A DNA stretch of 64,000 nucleotides from Magallana gigas (Eukaryota), in NCBI RefSeq assembly GCF_963853765.1, contig NC_088854.1, positions 43,586,001 through 43,650,000 of the forward strand, written 5' to 3'. Of the stretch, positions 48,301-61,955 are shown piece by piece. The notes below the pieces were generated by a model, which was not told where the DNA came from, did no database searches, and was given only the letters and a program-made list of their open reading frames with translations. Numbering within the stretch: the first letter of the stretch is position 1; every line of letters begins with the position of its first letter. The translations under genes and the position numbers were made by a program.

Positions 48301-51300
48301 TCCTGGATTTCTACCTACATGTTTCTGGCCTCATACTTTCCCCGAGGAAGTCCGGATGATCAGCCAACTGTTGTATTGACCTCTGGCTCGGTTAGTACAT
48401 ACAGTATTTTCTTAATGAAGCAAAAGGCACTGTTGCAAGGGATATGAGTAGTTACAAGTACATTGTAGAAAGCAGTGCATTTTTTAATTCAGATTCATTT
48501 AAGGCTAAGACATTGATGGTAGTTTATTTTTGTTTTGCTTGATGATTGTAGAAGGATGGTGATCCAGCATTTATTAGTTTTCTGGATCCTTGCTATGGAA
48601 ATGGAGAAGGAATAGCCAGCACCATGCACTTTAATTATATTCCACAATGGTATGAAAAAATAAATCATTGTTATTATGAATTTAGATGTAATGCAAGATA
48701 TTCATATACCACTACTGTAAAATGTAGATTCCTATTCAAATGGGAGGAATTTATATTTGCATAAAATCGAAAGATGCACCCCTCACCAATTAAAAAACCT
48801 CTCTATCAGTTTTTCTGACAGATATGAATTATTTGAAATTATATCAAAAGTTTGGTGCTCACCATTTTATATTCTCTAAATTGGGTTACAAAATGGTGGA
48901 ACCGAAGAATAAAGTACTCACATATGATAAGGAAGTTACAGTGTGTAAGTGATTATGAGCTTGAAATTAAAAACATGTAATATGTGATCTTATAGATCCC
49001 CAACATTTTGTTTTGAATTGGTTTTATCAGCTTTCAATCAACATGTTATTGAAGTGACTTGATATTCAGTATTAGTACTGATACAATCCTGACACTATAC
49101 ATTCCATGCAGAATTGACATTAATATACTGTGTATGAACATGTATTTTATGAATATGGGTTTGCATAACGTGTATGTAAATATACATGCTATTAATTTAT
49201 ACATTAAAAAACAACATGTTTTATACATGTATATGTAAACAACAAATAATGGAACTGATTTTTTGTTTCAAGGGAAATGGTTTTGTGTACCTCCAGTACT
49301 GCCTGTGAGACAGCCATTGTGGGCAAACACTTTGATGATAAGGTAGGACAGGTTTATAATGTGTTGTTTCTTAAAGATATTGTATCATGTAGAGTGTAGG
49401 TTTATCTGGTCTCAATTGATAAAGAAAATGAAAAGTTTAATGCTCTTTTCCCCTTTGAGCTCTGTATGTTTGTTCTCTTATGCTGTCTCTCAATTTACAT
49501 TTGCAACATACAGTACATGTATTTGTTAATTGACAATACCATATACAATGTACGCTAAATGACCAGGGCATTTGTTTTTCATAGAACACCTTCGAGCGGT
49601 GGACCCTGGATGATGCAGCTCGAGCTGAGCTTCCTCTGACTGAAGACTATGCTGACACATTTCCTTTGGGAGCCGCCATCGACTTCTCATCACAGTTCCA
49701 AGTTCCAGTGGGTAAGTAAAATGTCAAGACAGTGATATCTTTATATCAATTCAAAGGAATGTATTGAATTTTATGCACATTTTTTTGTTAAGACCAACTT
49801 ATTGTGTATAGACATCCATGTTCTTGTATGGGGCATATGTATGTATGTGATTAATATTTTGTTCATTTTTTTTAACGTAATAATTTTTTTGTTTGATTTC
49901 TAGTATTTTTTAATAGTATTTCAGGGTAAAATAGCAAGACATTTTAGAATTATGATACTATTCAATTAAGAATTGTATGTTCAATGAACCTTCATTCTAA
50001 TTTAAAAGTATATGCTTATTTTCTGAATATATGTACTATATTCTACATTAAGTTTAGATATTTAAGAAATCTGTATTGCAGGAGAGCAGAGATACCCACC
50101 ATGCCCAATGTTTATGCTGCTGTCCACAGACGGGGTACTGGTGACCTACTACATGATGTACAGCCATGCCGACGCCCAGGCCCAGCCCATCACCAGCCCC
50201 CCTCAAGATCTCCCCGCAGGTCCAGTCAGGAGACCCACTGCAGCTAATGTTCAAGGTTTGTTTTACACAATTTAGTAGTGACATGTGTACATTTTATTAG
50301 GAATTTCAATAAACTTCTCACCATCTCTTTATTATTATTTTTTTTTGATTCACAAGGGGATTTTTTTTTCTTTTGAATGCTAAGTATTCCTTTGTTGGTG
50401 ATGTTTTCAGGCTCGGTACAAAAAGATGCAGCCCCAATTGAAGCGAGACCAACTCCTCAGTCTGGACAACCTGGTGTAACTTCAGCAGTCCCTCCAAGTC
50501 AAGCAGCAGACAATAAGGCCAGTGCTTTTGGTTTCTCAGCCTCTGGATCTACTGGAAAGTCCTTGTTTGGAGCACCTGCATCTCAGGGCTTCGGTTTTAC
50601 CTCCTCTACACCTTCATCTGGAGGTGCACCTGGATCAATCTTTGGGCAGAGCAACACAGCAACAACTCAGGTTGCCTCTTCCACCCCTTCATCTGGAGGT
50701 GCACCTGGATCAATCTTTGGGCAGAGCAACACAACAACAACTCAGGTTGGCCAAAGTTTCCTGGCATCAGCTCTCTCAGCACCAATGACTGCAGCCGCAA
50801 CATCTACAACAAAAACAGGGTTTGCTGATACATCAAATGCACCTTCCCAATTCAGCTTTAAGCCACAACCTGCTGCTAACTTTAGTCTGAATGCCTCAGT
50901 TACTAAACCCTCTATCTCTGCTGTTCCTACACAGCCAGTGGGGGCATCAACAGCTGGTGGATTTTCTTTACCAGGACAGAGCTCTGGTGGGAGTAATTCA
51001 GGTTTTAATTTCAGTCTGTCTTCTTTAAACACAACTGGACAAACAACTTCGTCATCCTCAGCTCCTGCCAGTAGCAAGGCAGTTACTGCACCAGTAACCC
51101 AGTCACAGATAACATCTGGGACTTCAGCTGCTTCTAAACAGTCAGTCTTTTCATTTAGCAGTTCAGCTGCCCCCTCTGAAGGTTTTGGTGTTAAACCACT
51201 TGCCACATCTACCACACCAGCATTTGGAATGACACCCACAACAACAGTAACAGCAGCTACAACTAAGTCCATTTTTGGAACACCCGGCACCTCTTCTTTG

Positions 51301-54300
51301 TCCAAGTTTGGATCAACTCCAGAGACGGCCCAGCCAAATGCACCTTCAATGTCCCCAGCAGTGAACACAGCTACTGGTGGTAGTTCATTGTTGATGCGTG
51401 GTTTTGGATCCTCATCTGTGCCTACCTTTGGTACCAAACCAGGGGCAGCTGCCGTAACACCAACATTTGGAGATGCCAAATCAGCTACAATGACCCCTGG
51501 TTCTATTCCACAGCCTCAATCCAAGCCAGCAATTGCAGCAGCACTAACTTCAAGTTTTGGTGGCTCAATGCAAAATCTTTCAGCATTAGGGCAAGGGCCA
51601 AACTTGAACAATACAAAACAACAGTCTTCTCCAGGTGTTGAGAGACAACAATCTGAGGGAAGTAGATCAAAGACACCTGTTGCAGGTAAGTTGTCAGGAG
51701 TTTATTGAGATATTTGATGGAAAAGTAGAAAAACTGAGCTGATTTCATACTTGTCTTATTTTGTGTTTCAGATGCCAGCCAAAAGACAAGTTCTGCTTCT
51801 GAGTCTCTCAATGATACTTTTAGTGCATCTATTGCCGAGGAGGTTAGTGTAATTTGTACTTAGGTATATCAACTTTCTGTCTAACATACAACATACACTG
51901 TACATAGTATTTTCAGAAAAATCAAAACTTCTTTAATGGGTCCTCCTAATGAAGGAGAAAAAATTAATGTTAAGAAAAATTTACCAACCAATTTAGATTC
52001 ATAAGAGTTTTAAGAAAATGCTTTTTTCTTCTTATTAGATTGCTCATTTTGAGAAAGAATTACGCGAGTTCAAACAGCGAGCAGGTGCTGTGAGAGAGTC
52101 GATAGGTAGCAAGGAGGACATGCAACGACTGCGAAACAACACAACAAAGATCAGCAATTTCTGTGATGAAGTGAAAGCAAACACAAAGGTAATAAATCAA
52201 CCACAGGTATTCATGGTATTTTGATGATTTTTATACATGTTGCATGTGAACTTCATATACTGTGAAGTTTTTTAATACAATTCTAAAATATATCATTTAA
52301 CCATAAATAGTACCATAATTTCAGGAAAGAATTTTGAAAGTACATTGTCTTCCAGATCAGTGAAATAATTCTCACTGGATTGAATCACTGTTATTCCTAA
52401 ACAAAATTGTCAAGAGGAATGGTTTCTATAAATTACTGTTCTCAAAAGTGTGTTTTGAATTTTCTGTCCAATTTTTTACTGTATATCATTTTTTACTGTA
52501 AGAAATATCTGACTGTTTTATTGCTGTGACAGGAGCTGAGTAAGGAGATATCAGACCTGAAGAGCCTGTGTCTGGATGGGTTTGCTATGGTAGAGGACTG
52601 TAAGATGAGAGAGCAACGTAACACAGATGCCCAGTATGTTCAGCTGTTGAGAAACAGGGCCTTGGATCCTAAGAGTCTGGCCACAATGAGGAGCCTTCAG
52701 CAGCAGCAGCAGCTGTTGGACCAAGGACTCAGGGACGTGGACGCCATTTTGGACCAAGAGTGGGAAGATTATCAGAACAAAAAGAAAAAGAGACAAGGGT
52801 TGGTTATTTTAAGGCAAAATTGATGCTTTCCTTTACGAAGATTTTGTGCAACAGGTGGAACACTCTTAAAAACTGCTGCATACCATATATATATATATAT
52901 TTAGAATCCAGAGACCGACAACTGATGGAATATACCAAGTAATTAAGAGCAATAGGAACTTGATCATAAGAGAGAAGAATCAACTGGATGACCTGGAAAC
53001 ACAGTTGAAGCAGTTAAAGCTGTACAATAGGAACTCCAGTTGGAAGCATCCAGACACATCAAGGTAGGTGGTAGAGCATGTTTACTATGGAAACAATAGG
53101 AGGGCAGAGGTATTTATGTACAATGTATTTTACTAAGTATTTTATTTATCCATTGGTTTGGTTACCTGTTTCTTTTTCATACTAGGGAACCAGCAGAGTT
53201 GTCTTCTCTGGCGGACTCCCTCCTGGAAAGCCCAAAGAAAGCTCCGGATGATCCCAGGAGAGCACCCAGTGTCCAGACCCTTGACCCTAACAAGCAGGCA
53301 AAGCTGCGGGAATACCTGTCCAGGAAAACTGTGACCAAAGTCAAATCCACAAGGCCTGGTATGTTTTATGAATTAAAAAAATAGTGAAGACTTTTGAAAT
53401 GCTGAAGGTTAAACTTTGAAAATATCCTTTGAATCAAATCCGATTTCTTGGATTTTGTTACTTGTAGAGAACTTGTCCATGTCTCGCCTAGCATCCACAG
53501 AAAAGATACGACAGGCTCTAAGCAGACAGAGCTCTCCTACAAAGGCTCCAAGCTCAGCAGGTCTGACATCTTACTGTATTAACATTTCTACCCTCAAGGT
53601 TTTGTGTGTTTAAAACCCTTCTACAGCACATTGGTTTTTATTCTCAAGTGTGCAAAAACACTTTTGGTTATTTTAAGTATATTAAAGTGTTCCATACACA
53701 TACACTGTATGTCAATTACCGGTAAATACATAAGTGGCTACTGTACATCAATACATCTAGGTCCGAGTTATATTATACATTATTGTCTCTGCTTTAAATC
53801 TTTAATAGGAATTGTGATTTTGCATATTTGACATTGATAATCAGAGCTAAAAGAAGTACCCTGTCAAAAAAAAAAAAAATCTGCTAAAAAGAATCTTTAA
53901 ATTTTTTGATCTGTTACATGTAGTGTATGAAGACTGCCATGCAAAAATAAAGAATCTTAATTTAGTATTTGGCAATTAATTTGAGGTATACATTTTCTTG
54001 AATTAAATATTTGTTCTTTGTATAATTAGAGATGAAGTCTATGGTACAAGGGAGGCCCATTCTACGTGCCACATCTCACAATGGATCTCGACAACTCGTC
54101 AATCAAGGCTTACAGCCGACCAGTCCAGGAATGGAGGCTGTAACTAGACAGCAGATCAGCATGCAGCCCAAGCCAAACACCTACCAACAAGGATTTATGG
54201 TAAGTGGGCAACGAAGTAACAAGGACCTTAAACTGGTATTATTTCTCTCTTAAAAGGGCTGCTAATGTATAAATATACATGTATAATTTATGGCATTTTG

Positions 54301-57300
54301 TGAATACTGGTGAATATTAAACTTTGTTGGCAGAAAGGAAGAAGTTTTTAGACTTTATTCATTTAAATTTTACACTACTGTAAATTCCTAAGTAAACGCG
54401 AGAAATTAATATCCGGGTAAAATTGCGAGAAGCCCGTCTCGCGAATTTTAAAATCTTGCTTTTTATTTATGGCCATATGTAAACTACATAAAACTATGAT
54501 AAAATTTTGACAATCACGATTTTATGTTCTGGCAATTTGTTTGAAAATCGTTGAATTGCGGAATTAATACTGCGTAAAATAAGGAATATACAGTAAATAG
54601 TGTCTCACATTGTATATAGGATTTAAAGGATTCAGGGTTACTTTGTTAGATGTAATTTGCTGACACTTTCATCCAGTTTACTCCAATCCGTCAAACCATA
54701 ATATAGATGCTATATGAAGCACATGTTCTACTAGTGATCAATGTTCAATTTCAGTTTGCCAACAGTGGAAATACTAAGCCATCCTTGATGGCTTTCCAGC
54801 AGAAACTTACCCAAAATTGTAAGTTTATTTGTTATTTCTGTGGGCTCTGAAAATTGATTATAATTTCCATCCTTCAATGATTTTTAGCCTCTACATACAT
54901 GTACATGTAATGTATTTGGATTGAAATCTTTATTGCTACTTTTCATACGTGTGTCATAATTATAATCCCTGAATATATTTTAGTGAAGCCAGCTGACCAA
55001 TATCCACATTATGAGGATATTACTCCAACATCTACTGATGCAACAGAAGATGAGGATGATGATGATTACGATGAGGATGATGATGACGATGATGATGATG
55101 ATGATGAGCCTGACAGTGAGCATGATTCCGAACCCCTCAATCGGAAAATTGGTAACTTTTATACAACAAGTCAAATACCTTAATGATACAAAACTTGAAA
55201 GTTATGTCACCAAAGATTAAGATCTTATGTGTAGGTATAAAAAGTATTAAACTCTGAAGTCTTGTTTATATCGTTTTGATTATAAATCATGTTGAATAAT
55301 TAAGAATCAAATGATTTTCATAGCTGAGAGGAAACCTCCCCCCTCGTCCACTGCTCCTGTCATGGGTTTATCTGGGGCAGCTACAACCAAGCCCCTATCT
55401 TTCTCGCCCCAGACATTTGGACAGGGTATGTCTGGTTTCACCAGCTTTACTGCCGGAGGAAATAAACCAGTCTTTGGGGCAAAACCAGATTCTACAACAC
55501 CCACTGGTTCTCCAAAGCCAAGCTTTAATGCAGGATTCCAAGGATTCAAGCCTGATGAAAAGACTCCAACTAACACCTCTACTCCCAAAACAGGTAGATA
55601 CATGTACAGGTGCATAAGCATTTACAATTTACAGTGTATATAAAAGTAGCTAATTCTATACACAAACTTATTACAGAGTGTTCATACATGTATGTGTACA
55701 TTGTTATTTGATGAATTAAAATATCTTAAGGACTTTTTACCGTAATCAATTTCAGCATTTAAGTTTGGATCTGATGTCCAGCCAAGCTTTGGAGGTAAAA
55801 ATTTGTTTGGCCAACCATTGAAGACCGAGGATAAAAAAACAGAAGAATCCAAACCTATTTCTTCACCTTTGCTTGCAAAAGGTACTGGTATTTTAAAACA
55901 TTAGCTACAATTAATAGAGAAAGTGTAAACTTATTTTTCACACATTATGCAGTGTACATGTTCTCTCTTTAGAAAATTGTTACATTTTGTATTTCTTGTT
56001 TATGAAACAGCTCTAACAGCAGACTCGGAAGATGATGATGATTTGGGTCTTGGAAAAAATGATACTGCAACAGAACAGGCCAAATTGGATAACAAAACTT
56101 CTGGAAAGCCAAGCACAGAGCCCAAGTTCGATACAGCAAGTAAAACACCATCTTTTGGATTTGGAAAAGTTCCTTCAAGTATTGCATTATCTGATTTAGG
56201 TAAAGAGGGATCAGGACAACCTTTGGGAGTTACATCCGGTTTGTTTGGACAACCTTCAGGTACTTCTGTGTTTGGAGGAGCAATTTCTAGCACAACTACT
56301 TCTTCTGCTGGTAAAAGTGTGTTTGGTTTTGGTGCTCCTGTTGGAGCATCATCTGGAGGTGGTTTCTTTGGCCAGAGTTCTACCACCAGTGGGGGATTAT
56401 TTGGTAAATCAACAAAAGATGAAGACACTGATAAAGCTTCTCCTAAGACAACTGCATCAACAGGACTATTTGGACAGAACTTGGCCTCTAGTAGTACTGG
56501 TCTCTTTGGTCAGAAGAGTTCTCAAGCATCTGTTACCAGCAAAAGTGATGTATCAGGCCAAGATACATCTTCTAAAGTTGCTTCCTCTACTGTTGCATCT
56601 GCTTCTGAAAACCCTCCAGCCTCAGAACTGAGTACAGCATCTGCCATATCCAGTGCAGCAGGAATGACATCCTCAACACCAGGGTCCAGTTTGTTCGGGC
56701 AACCTCAGACAACCACTGCCACATCTGGATTATTTGGTCAAACTTCAGCCGCAGTTTCCACTGCTGGATCTGGATTGTTTGGACAAAAAACAACTTCATC
56801 GGGAACGACATATGGGCAGGCTTTAGCTCCTCCCCCACCGCCTACTTATTCTAGTACAGAGGCTGGCTTGCTTGGGAGACCTTTAACTTCAGGCAGTGGA
56901 GCATTTGGACAATCCTCTACAACATCAGCCATTGCAACATCTTTGTTTGGACAACAAACAACGACCACTGGATCTGGAAGTTTAAGCAAACAAACTACAA
57001 CCACTGGGTCTGGACTCTTTGGACAGCCAGCCACAAGTTCTGGTGCCGGGTTATTTGGACAGCCAACAACAACTGCTTCTGGATTATTTGGACAAGCAAA
57101 TGCTGCATCTTCAACCTCTGGCACTGGATTATTTGGACAGTCAAGCACAACCTCAACATCTGGAGGGGGATTGTTTGGGACATCTGCATCTTCTTCAGTA
57201 TCCACTGCAGGCACGAGTGTGTTTGGTCAAGTTTCCTCATCTTCAACAAGTGCAAGCACAGGGCTGTTTGGGCAAACTGGATCAGGAGGGTTTGGTCAGA

Positions 57301-60273
57301 GCTCAACAGGAACAAAGCCATCAGTGATTGGTGGACTATTGTCTGGCACAGATGAAGCTCCAGCCACAAGTACTGCATTTGGACAAGGAGGTCCATCTAA
57401 GAACTTATTTGGAACAGAGACATCTTCTGCAGCACCTTCCTTTGGCCAGCCTGCTCCACTGTTTGGCTCTTCCACTGCTTCCACTGGGCCAGGGTTTGGA
57501 GGCACCACTACCAGTGCAGGGTTTGGATCTGCTGGAAGTGGGTTTGGATTTGGGGGCTCTGCTACCACTACTTCTGCAACAGGATTTGGTCAGACAAACC
57601 AGACAGGGGTATTTGGACAACCTACAAGCTCAAGCTCTAGTGCTTTTGGAGGATTTGGAAGGTAAGAATTTTGCTATTCTTTAAAACTGTGAAGTGGTCA
57701 TCAGTAAAGAACCTTATGTTCATTAGTTAATAAAATGACAAATAATGTATGATAAATGTTGTTTAATCAATATAGTGCATCTAGTGGACAGACTTCAGGG
57801 GGTATGTTTGGAGGGGGTGGAGGAATGTTCTCGGGGTTGGGAGGCAAACCTTCCGAAGACAAGGCTAAAACCAATGTCTTTGGCTCAGTGCCAACCTTTG
57901 GAAGTACAGCTGCCACTCAAGGTAAGAAAATGATAGCGAATTACTGGATATACATGATCAGGCAAATAAAAGATTATTTATTAAATTGGCCCTTTTAACT
58001 TGATAAAAAATGCAATATCTAGTAGATGTAGTATGCTTGTAAAAAAATTCTTCAATACTGTGGAATCATTAAAAGCCAACACTAAAATGTTTTTCTGTAT
58101 ACCAACCTTAAGGTTGAATAGGAAACAAAAGTTGCAGCTCAATATTTTAGAGTTCCCCATATCCTCAAATGAATTATGACACTCAATATTGATTTGATAA
58201 TCTTTAAGCCAACAAAATTAGGTCCTTTTGATCCTGTGAAAATTGGCATTTCATAGAAATTGGCTTTCATGAATTTTAATGATTCCACAGTATTGTCACA
58301 CAGATTTATAATTCCAGTGTAAGTGTTGTAGATACATGTATATCAACACCTTGGGACTAATTTGGTTAAATACTCATTTTGGGATATATTCATTGACTTG
58401 TTGTCACTGATGTGGGGTTCTGTTGATACTGTTTATAGCTAACTTGTTTGGCAACCAGAGCCCTAGTACACTTAGAAGTGCTGGTGGATCAAGTCCATTT
58501 TCAGGCAGTGGATTCAGTGCAGGTGGTTCCAATGTGGCATCCACTGGTTTTGGTGTGGCCAAGTCACAGAGTCCAAGTGGTAAAAACTATACATTAGTAG
58601 CAAGATACCTTCACTATAATTCTCATATTTCACACAGAGAAAATTTATTTCTGATTGTAACACACTATTGTTAGAAATACATGTCATAGTGTAATTGTAT
58701 GTGAACATTTTTAAAGATGAACATTTTCTTCACTGTTAGACAGAGAGAAATTGTATCATATTATTTTCATGTGGAAACTGCAAGTAGAAGTACATTGTAT
58801 CCTAATCCAATTTTCCCCCTTTCTTACTAGGTTTTGGAGCACCACCTAGTTTTGGAGGAACTCCAGGCTTTGGGAGTCAGGCAGCGTTTGGAAGCTCCCC
58901 TAGCTTTGGATCAGCACCTGCATTTGGAGGAGGGTCAACGTTTGGAGGAGGATCCTCATTTCAGAACCAGCTTGGATCCCCTCAAAACACAGAGGGTGGA
59001 GGTGGTGGATTTGCTGGGTAACTATACTGCTTGTGATATACATGATATTTGTAAGTCTGGTTTCTGTCACAGTTTCTTCAACTTTGAATACAATGTACTT
59101 GCAAGTACCATTCTCTTTGTTTTAGTTTTGCATCTAGTGCCTCCCCAACCTTTGGAAGTCTGGCTCAAGGAGGCAGTACTCCTCCCACATTTGGCAGTGT
59201 GCCACAAGGGGGTGGTGGATTTGGTGGATTTGGAGTGACTGGTGGAGGGGGAGGAGGGTTTGGAGGAGCTAGTCCAGGTACTTAGACTGCTGATATTCAT
59301 TGTACATGTACAGTGAAAGTACTAGCACTAAATAACATTCAGTTCCAGTTATTTAAGTTGAGTAAATTGTATTTATTATATAATTGACTAATTCCTAGCC
59401 CTCTGATTGGCTGATATCCAACAATCTAGAAAATATTAAACCTTTATATATTCACCTGCAGTAACCAAGGAGGTCAATATGAAATTTGATTTTTTCTACA
59501 ATGGACTAAAAATAGATCAGGAATTTCCAAAATGCTATGATTTCTTATCATAATTCTTGTCGTCCAGTGCTAAATCGTGTTTCTTAATTTGTTTGGCTAT
59601 GGCTTCAAAGTAAAAGAGGATCAAGTTTTCTTTGCTTGATAAATGCAATTTGATATGTCTGTATCCCCTTTGCCATTGAATCATATCATAAAACAATTAT
59701 TGCTGATTTTTTTTTATCAATACAATGATTAAGCTATATACTGTCTAAGTACAATGTTCACCTTGCCTTCAGCTCAATGAATATTGTACTTTTCAGGTAG
59801 CAAAATCATTGATTTGACCTAAAAATAAATATACAATAAACATACAATATCCAACTCCTATACTGACCTTTTACTGACTTCAGATTAAATAAACATACTA
59901 GTTTTTTCAAGGTTTTATAATTTTGATTTGATTTCACATTTTTGTTTCCTTTGCTTTTAAGAAAGGGCTTTACAAAAACTGATAAATCAGTGATCAGTGC
60001 ATATGAAGTGTTTTACCAGAGGCTGTCTGAATGGCCTGTTTAGAGAATAATTTTAAAAATGTTGATTTAAAATTAAATGTTTTCCTTACATATTCCAATC
60101 CTAGTTTTCTTCAGTATGGAATAGGACATGCACTTGGTATCTAGAACCAGGTGCTTGAAATGTGGTACATGTATTACAAGTGCATGTACATAAACCTTTA
60201 TCTGTGCTGAGATAATGCATGTCTTTACATATTGTTATTTTGTTGCAGGATTTGGACAAGCTCCAAGTTCAGG
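45329..60273 (+). CDS. NUP214: Nuclear pore complex protein Nup214/CAN (terminal exon not located)
   Basis: First exon 45329-45355 MEASEREVK joins 46454 DFRFQQLCRIRIFD, matching the Nup214 N-terminus. Beta-propeller exons follow (VCWSPKGKQLVIG, MLLSTDGVL), then an S/T/P-rich exon (~50412-51685), coiled-coil exons (~52040-53063; IAHFEKEL, LDPKS) and FG-repeat exons (56010-57661 onward to 60249-60273). Confidence 0.94.
45776..46393 (+). mobile_element. Tandem TRIM (LTR-internal-LTR-internal-LTR) with tRNA-like LTRs, Helenus/TRIMp3 type
   Basis: Three ~128-bp LTRs (~45776-45906, 46027-46153, 46266-46393), each with an A-box (TAGCTGAGTGGG/TAGCTAAGTTGG/TAACTCAGTGGG), CTGAC(T/A)AGAGATTCA and a B-box-like (G)TTCAAATCC, and each ending in ACA. 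PBS TGGTGCCATG follows the first LTR; PPT AGAGGAGGAAAGAA precedes the third. Homologous to 19623-19977. Confidence 0.78.
47105..47233. other. Assembly gap (129 N)
   Basis: Run of N in the NUP214 intron between exons ending at 47050 and starting at 47283. Confidence 1.
54376..54595. mobile_element. MITE with TACTGTA termini
   Basis: TACTGTAAATTCCT / AGGAATATACAGTA inverted ends, with internal CGCGAG(A) motifs. Related remnants at about 4330-4415 and 42500-42640. Confidence 0.65.
58056..58292. mobile_element. MITE with TACTGTGGAATCATT termini
   Basis: TACTGTGGAATCATTAAAA / TTTTAATGATTCCACAGTA; same termini as 36961-37171. Confidence 0.8.
59370..59840. mobile_element. Possible non-autonomous Crypton-like element remnant
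   Basis: Contains CTCTGATTGGCTGA near one end and AATGTTCACCTTGCCTTCAGCTCAATGAATATT near the other, an arrangement recalled from marine-invertebrate Crypton-type repeats. Boundaries are approximate. Confidence 0.3.
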
Positions 60274-60435
60274 GTAAGTAAATAAACTTGATGGGTATTA
60301 TATGTTGTATTTCTCATGTATCATTTAAAGGGACATAGTCACAATTTTCAAACTATTCCATCCATTTTTAAAAAGTCTATAATTGTAAACTTTGGAATGT
60401 CAAATGCTTCACCAATATTAGTATATCATTAGTGG

Positions 60436-60600
60436 GTACCTGTAAAGTGCGAAATGAAATAAACGAAACGAAATAAACCAAAACTAAACAAAATCCACGA
60501 AACGAAACCTACCGAAACAAAACAAAATGAAACTAAATCAAAAGGAAACCTACCAAAATAAAACAAAACAAAACGAAATCAAGCAAAATGAAATATATAA
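60436..60600. repeat. (CGAAA/CAAAA)n subterminal-type repeat array, probable transposon end
   Basis: GTACCTGTAAAGTGCGAAATGAAAT followed by many AACGAAA/AACAAAA units. No matching opposite end was found. Confidence 0.55.
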
Positions 60601-61955
60601 AACAATTATGATTTAAAATGTATTTTATAGTGTATATTTTAGAAGTAACAAGTCTTTTTTGAAACGCAGCAAAAGTAATTGTAAATCCATTTGTAAATAT
60701 GGATTACACTTTTTATTAGATATTGCTCATTTTAGTGCAAAACAACACTTTAAACTTAACCCAAATTTTAACTTTCGGGTTCTTGTTAATATAATCCATT
60801 TGTATGACTGGTGATTCTTGTCTGCGTTTGTCCGACACTAAACTATATATTAGATCATATTGAGTCAAATTTACGTGATTATGAAGGGGCGAAGCAAGCG
60901 CGCCCCCTTCCTAATCAGTTAATCATGTAAATTTTATCTAATATGATCCATTTTACTAAGAACATAAACCACTTTCTCTGGCTGATCAAAAGTTCTGCGT
61001 CAGTCAAATATCTCTCTTTTGCTTAGGGCTCTCTAATCTGTCAATCGGGTATAAAATCATGTATAAAATATTAAATAAAATATGGCATAAACTTTGTTTG
61101 AAAAACAAAAACAAAGAGTTCTGAACTCTGTATCTTGCATATCACTTCATTCTGCAGATTCTGACATTCAGAATTTAGTCAGGCATTAAAAATGACCATG
61201 TAAATCATTCTTGGCAAGTTAACATTGAAGTTGAGCTCAATCTGTCTATGATTCCGTTCATTCAGTGATGGAATGATTTATTCTTGTAATCATGTTGGTT
61301 TTTTCTTTGAATTATTAGTGGGAATCCTTCCTTCACGGGATACAGAGGCTGAATACAGAAAAATGTATCTGTAATTAAATCTACAGTTAAATATGCTGAA
61401 CATTGAAGTAAGATGGGAAGACTGTATAAGTCAACATGCAGTTTGGAAAAATATGATTTTGATAATTGATAATTCATGTTCTTAGGAAAGTTAATTATGA
61501 TGTCCTAATTATCAAAATTTCTTTCATTGATTGTGTATGAAATTGGTATGAGCATATTATCCTATAAATAAATTCCTTAAACTAGTGTTTGAATTGTGTT
61601 CTTTTTGTATTTTCATAATCATCTTTAGCTTTACAAATCAAGTATCATTTTTCTACTTGTGGAAATCTGGAGCTGTGAATTGTTTGAGGTTAATAAACTT
61701 CTGACCAGGAGTAGCTGTGATTGCTCTATTCTGTCAAATCTTGGGGTTCATGTCAGATCTAAGAAATGAAGAGTCTTTGTCTTTGATAACACTACAAAGT
61801 GATTTTACAATATGTAGTCCAATACAATAATATTTTATCGAACGATGGTTGAAAATTATGTAAATATTAGTAAGAAGGAATCATTCTTTGAATATTATAA
61901 TGTGATCCTATATGATCGGGTGTGAAATTAAATCTATCATAAAGCCCTGTGGGCT

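Noticed and set aside
50742-51479. 245-aa minus-strand ORF and similar antisense ORFs at 55307-57620
   Set aside because: These are antisense shadows of the low-complexity NUP214 S/T/G/FG exons, with no independent splice or start signals.
60100-60135. Candidate terminal exon of NUP214
   Set aside because: No convincing FG/GW-type ending, and a further in-phase exon lies downstream (60249-60273). The true last exon was not found.
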